The notes under the pieces are model-generated. The model made no database searches and had not been told where the DNA came from. It saw only the letters and a program-made list of their open reading frames with translations. Shown one piece after another: positions 60,470-64,000 of a stretch of DNA of 64,000 nt. Numbering within the stretch: the first letter of the stretch is position 1; each line of letters opens with the position of its first letter. The translations under genes were made by a program, and so were the position numbers. Origin of the DNA: Candidatus Poribacteria bacterium (lineage in GTDB: Bacteria; Poribacteria; WGA-4E; PCPOR2b); assembly GCA_965218095.1 (NCBI GenBank), contig OZ244587.1, forward strand, positions 6,016,001 to 6,080,000. The letters are read 5' to 3'.

Positions 60470-63400
60470 TCACTTTGCCAAAGACTCATAATACCGATCG
60501 ACCAACGTGCGATATTCCGGCGGCACGTCTTCCTTCAGGACCTGTGCCAGGCGCTTCTTCTCTTGAATCTCTACAAGCCAGTCCTCAAGGGCGCCCTCAA
60601 GTTTCCTGAGTTCATGCAGGGCAAAATCGTAGTTGGGGAACGGTGTCCTACGATTGCCTCGACGACTGCTCATCGCATTAATTGCCCCAAGCCACAGTTC
60701 TTTGATCTCCCGATCCGATTCCGCGCCTCCGGCTCGCGCCTGTTGTGCCTGCATTGCATCCTGCGCACGCTGCTGGATCCGCGTCTGCTGCTCGGACAAC
60801 TGTCGCTGACGTTGTTCCTGCTCAGGCGTCAACGGCGTTTCCTGATTATCCATCGCCTCAAGTTCGCGCTGGATGTCCTGCATCTGGTCTTCCCAACTTT
60901 CGATTTGCTCCAATGTGGCTTCGAGTTGTTCCTCCTCGGTGGCCGCCATATTCGACCGGGCTTGCTGCAAATCATCTCGTGCCTGCAAGAGGGTATCAAG
61001 AACCACCCGCTGATTCTGCTCGGACGCTAGGAAGTTGCGCCACTGCAACGCCCGTTGCGCATCTGCCATATTTTCAGGCGCACCCTCTTCAACGAGACGG
61101 CGCCTTGCATCTGCAACATTTCGCGTGGCTTGCGGATTATTCTCGTTAAGCGCATCTTGCAGATTAGAGAGGTTGCGTTGCAGGTGGCCGAGATCTTGAC
61201 GAAGGGTTCGTTGTTGATTCGCTAACTGAGAGGCTTGCCGCAGATCTTCGGGACGCATTCCATTTTGCTGAGTCCGCTCCTGAAGCGCCTCCGTCTGCTG
61301 TTGAACTTCCGATTGCTCTGCCATAAGTTGATCTAGCTGTTGGGTCGCATCCTCAAGGGCTTGATCCGTGAACTGTGCAGCAACCTTCTCAAGCTCTTCG
61401 ATTGCTCGCTGAAGGTTTTCTTCGGCTTTTTGCCCCTTCGCGGCGCTCACCTGCGGGCGTTGTTTTCCCATATTTTGCGCAGCCTGCTGCATATTCTCAG
61501 ACGCCTGCTGCAATGCTTCGCCTGCTTGCTCCATGCGCTGTCCTGTATTGTTCTGTCCAGCGTCCTGCCCCGGTTGCTGTCCCATCTGTTGGGTCTGTTG
61601 TCCCATCTGTTGCGCTTGTTGCGCCAACTGCCCCTGTTGTTGGCTAACCTCCTGCATCTCGCGCTGCGAAGGGCGCCCCTCACGTCCCAACTGCTGGCTC
61701 TGCTGCGTGAGTTGTTGCTGTTGAGCGAGCATTTCTCGTGCATGGTCTAGCATCTCCTGCGTCTGCTCACGCATCTCCTCATCCAACTCATCCTCATCTT
61801 CCTCAAACACGCTCTGCAGATCGTCCATCTCCATCTCTATGTTATCAGCGACTTCTTGATTCCCGCTTTCTCGCATCCGCCTCAACACTTTATCCATCTC
61901 CTGTGCGACTTTGATAAGCAATTCAAGTGCGTCTTGCTCATAAGGCATTGCCTCTCGTGACTGAATTGCATAGAGTGCATCACTAGCTTGACCCATCTTA
62001 TCAATGGCTTCTTCCATGTTCATTAGAATCTCCGGATCAACAAAGCCGGTACGCATGAACGAGCTAATCTCATCGACGAACCGTTGCGCCATATCTTTCA
62101 GCTTGGATTGCTTCTCGCCGGTTTTCTTGACGGCAAGTTTGTAGGCATCTGTAAGCGGAGATGGACGAGAATTGATATGGCGCCATGTTTCCCTGATAAT
62201 CTGCTTTTGAATTGCGATTAGCTTATGACACACATTTTGCCCACCTTGTGTTTGCACCTCCACATATCTTTCACTAAACGGGCGCACTTCGATGAAATAA
62301 ATTTGAGAGGCACTCACCCCCGGTCCTGTTCGTGAATTGTTGTCAGTGGCTTCAGCGTAGTAGGAGATGACTTCCCCCGGTTCCACATCAATCTCCTCAA
62401 GGTAGAAGATGTAGGCACCAGAGATTATCTTGCGCTCTTCAACTTCGACGGTTTCCACCGGCAACGCTTGCGTTTCACCGGATCCAATGCTGTACTTCAA
62501 TGCCATTTTTTCAATACCGTAGTCATCTATCGCCTCGGCGACAATTTTAACCTCTTCTAGCTTCGTGGCTTTGATATCCCGTCCCGGCTCTTTGATGACA
62601 ATCTCAGGCGGTTCATCAGGAATCGCGGTAATCGAATATTCGATCGGCGTCTGGTTTTTGAAACCATCAACGCAAAGGAGTTCAACGCTGTACCTCCCAT
62701 CTTCCAGAACATCGAGGGTTGTCGTCAGTGTGCGGCCATCAGAGATGATCATAGCGGTCAAATCCTTTCCCGCTACCGTGAGCGTCGTGGACTGAATGGC
62801 TTTGTTCGTCGCGATACGGACTTCTGCCTCAGATCCAGCGACAGCGCGGATGTCCCCATCCCCCTGCTGCACGATCGGTTTCAATTGCGTATGTTCAGGA
62901 TAGGTGTAGGCGACCTCGATTGCACTAACTTTGGGCATGTCAAACACTTCAACGGTGTAACGCTCCGATTCGGCTTCATTCGCCACTACGTAGTATTTCA
63001 TGTTTTCATTGATATTGAAGATTTCATAACCGAAGAGATGTTTTTCACCTGCGATTCGCACCATATCGATCTGCTGTTCCCCCGATCTCTGATCGGGGAT
63101 TTCGCGCAGTTTATCCCAATCTTTGGATTGGGGCTCAACTTGCGATTCTGTATCGGCGGCTAGAGTCGCCTTTGTATAGACAAGTCTCACCTTGTCTGCG
63201 AATTTGCCGGTGACTTCGACATTGATCGCAAGACTTCGGCCACGCAAGATGCGAGCATTACCCGGCTCGACCGTCAGCTTTGTCGTCAACACCGGATCCG
63301 TCTTTTCCCACGGGGTCAACAAACGGTCCAGCGTAATGCCAATCTCAGCGGGGAAAATCAAGGCGAGCAGCGCACAGCCGGCAATGGCGACAAACGCAAT

Positions 63401-63865
63401 ACCGATGTGCTTGCGCTTTTTGCTTTTATTAACAGTCGCTTTGAAATCAATGTTTTCCGCACGCCCCGCAGCATCAGTGACGAGCCTATCCAGCAAATGC
63501 GCTTCGATTGGATCATCGGTTTCCCACTCCCCAAACTGGAGCGCACTGACGAGCCGGTCCTCAAGGTCGGGGTGCTTCTGCTCAACGTTAAGCGCGACAT
63601 CGTGCAGCGTGAGTTGCGCACGAAGGGGTTGGATGAGATATTTGTAAAGCAGGTATCCGGCCGCCCCGATGCCGCCGATGAGCAGCGCAATGCGGAGGCT
63701 ACTCGGCAGCGGCATCAATAAATCAACGATCGCTTCCCCAGCGAGAATTGCAATCAGTCCGACGATGATAATTGCACAGCCAGTCCAAAACAGTGTCCGC
63801 TTCCAGACGCGGCGTGTTTCTAATACTTTTGCTTGTAATTTGGTGTAGCCTTCTCTTGTTGCCAT
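60470..63865 (-). CDS. DUF4175-like membrane-anchored coiled-coil protein
   Basis: Three TM segments, LEDRLVSALQF, D.PP.I.I.EP, A.DDYGI, Y.AEA.DN, Gln-rich coils, VPPEYR.LVDRYYESL. Start MATREG after GAGGTGG. Confidence 0.85.
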   Translation of the reverse strand: MATREGYTKLQAKVLETRRVWKRTLFWTGCAIIIVGLIAILAGEAIVDLLMPLPSSLRIALLIGGIGAAGYLLYKYLIQPLRAQLTLHDVALNVEQKHPDLEDRLVSALQFGEWETDDPIEAHLLDRLVTDAAGRAENIDFKATVNKSKKRKHIGIAFVAIAGCALLALIFPAEIGITLDRLLTPWEKTDPVLTTKLTVEPGNARILRGRSLAINVEVTGKFADKVRLVYTKATLAADTESQVEPQSKDWDKLREIPDQRSGEQQIDMVRIAGEKHLFGYEIFNINENMKYYVVANEAESERYTVEVFDMPKVSAIEVAYTYPEHTQLKPIVQQGDGDIRAVAGSEAEVRIATNKAIQSTTLTVAGKDLTAMIISDGRTLTTTLDVLEDGRYSVELLCVDGFKNQTPIEYSITAIPDEPPEIVIKEPGRDIKATKLEEVKIVAEAIDDYGIEKMALKYSIGSGETQALPVETVEVEERKIISGAYIFYLEEIDVEPGEVISYYAEATDNNSRTGPGVSASQIYFIEVRPFSERYVEVQTQGGQNVCHKLIAIQKQIIRETWRHINSRPSPLTDAYKLAVKKTGEKQSKLKDMAQRFVDEISSFMRTGFVDPEILMNMEEAIDKMGQASDALYAIQSREAMPYEQDALELLIKVAQEMDKVLRRMRESGNQEVADNIEMEMDDLQSVFEEDEDELDEEMREQTQEMLDHAREMLAQQQQLTQQSQQLGREGRPSQREMQEVSQQQGQLAQQAQQMGQQTQQMGQQPGQDAGQNNTGQRMEQAGEALQQASENMQQAAQNMGKQRPQVSAAKGQKAEENLQRAIEELEKVAAQFTDQALEDATQQLDQLMAEQSEVQQQTEALQERTQQNGMRPEDLRQASQLANQQRTLRQDLGHLQRNLSNLQDALNENNPQATRNVADARRRLVEEGAPENMADAQRALQWRNFLASEQNQRVVLDTLLQARDDLQQARSNMAATEEEQLEATLEQIESWEDQMQDIQRELEAMDNQETPLTPEQEQRQRQLSEQQTRIQQRAQDAMQAQQARAGGAESDREIKELWLGAINAMSSRRGNRRTPFPNYDFALHELRKLEGALEDWLVEIQEKKRLAQVLKEDVPPEYRTLVDRYYESLAK

Positions 63866-64000
63866 TTGTCCACCTCTGTTTATACGGTTGATAATCAATT
63901 GGATGTACCTTGATATTCTTTGAACCATTGCATCATTACGTTAGCGCGGATGCGTTCTTTCGTTCCTCAATAACTATTGCGTCGTAGATGTCGAAGCACA

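Noticed and set aside
61560-61680. Gln-rich QQMGQQ repeats as a separate element
   Set aside because: Ordinary low-complexity coiled-coil linker in this protein type.

Overview
64 kb of bacterial chromosome with no rRNA, tRNA or CRISPR array that I could recognise. Secreted proteins ending in AVEPxxKLxxxWxxxK, four PhyH dioxygenases, sialidase/GH-like proteins and a eukaryote-like LRR gene point to Candidatus Poribacteria or a similar sponge symbiont; this is inference, not a database result. Housekeeping genes (hisA, class I aldolase, polyprenyl synthase, mutS, dnaJ, moaC, Grx-TrxB) sit among catabolic genes, about a dozen pseudogenes or remnants, and several REP/MITE-like families. Four complete IS elements have readable ends and target duplications: IS5, IS982, IS3 and IS1595. 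The most unusual object is the 2.2 kb IS1595-family element splitting xylB. Both of its terminal repeats carry inward promoters. Its cargo is a convergent run of four small ORFs amid about eight hairpins, including a sub-cassette bounded by a 22-nt copy of the transposase 3' end. Other leads are an HxG-motif PhyH (halogenase candidate), a palindromic repeat in frame inside a DUF4175-like gene, a skewed nonsense-mutation spectrum, a divergent KARI and a stand-alone archaeal-type Bat sensor-like domain. All family assignments come from motifs recognised by eye.
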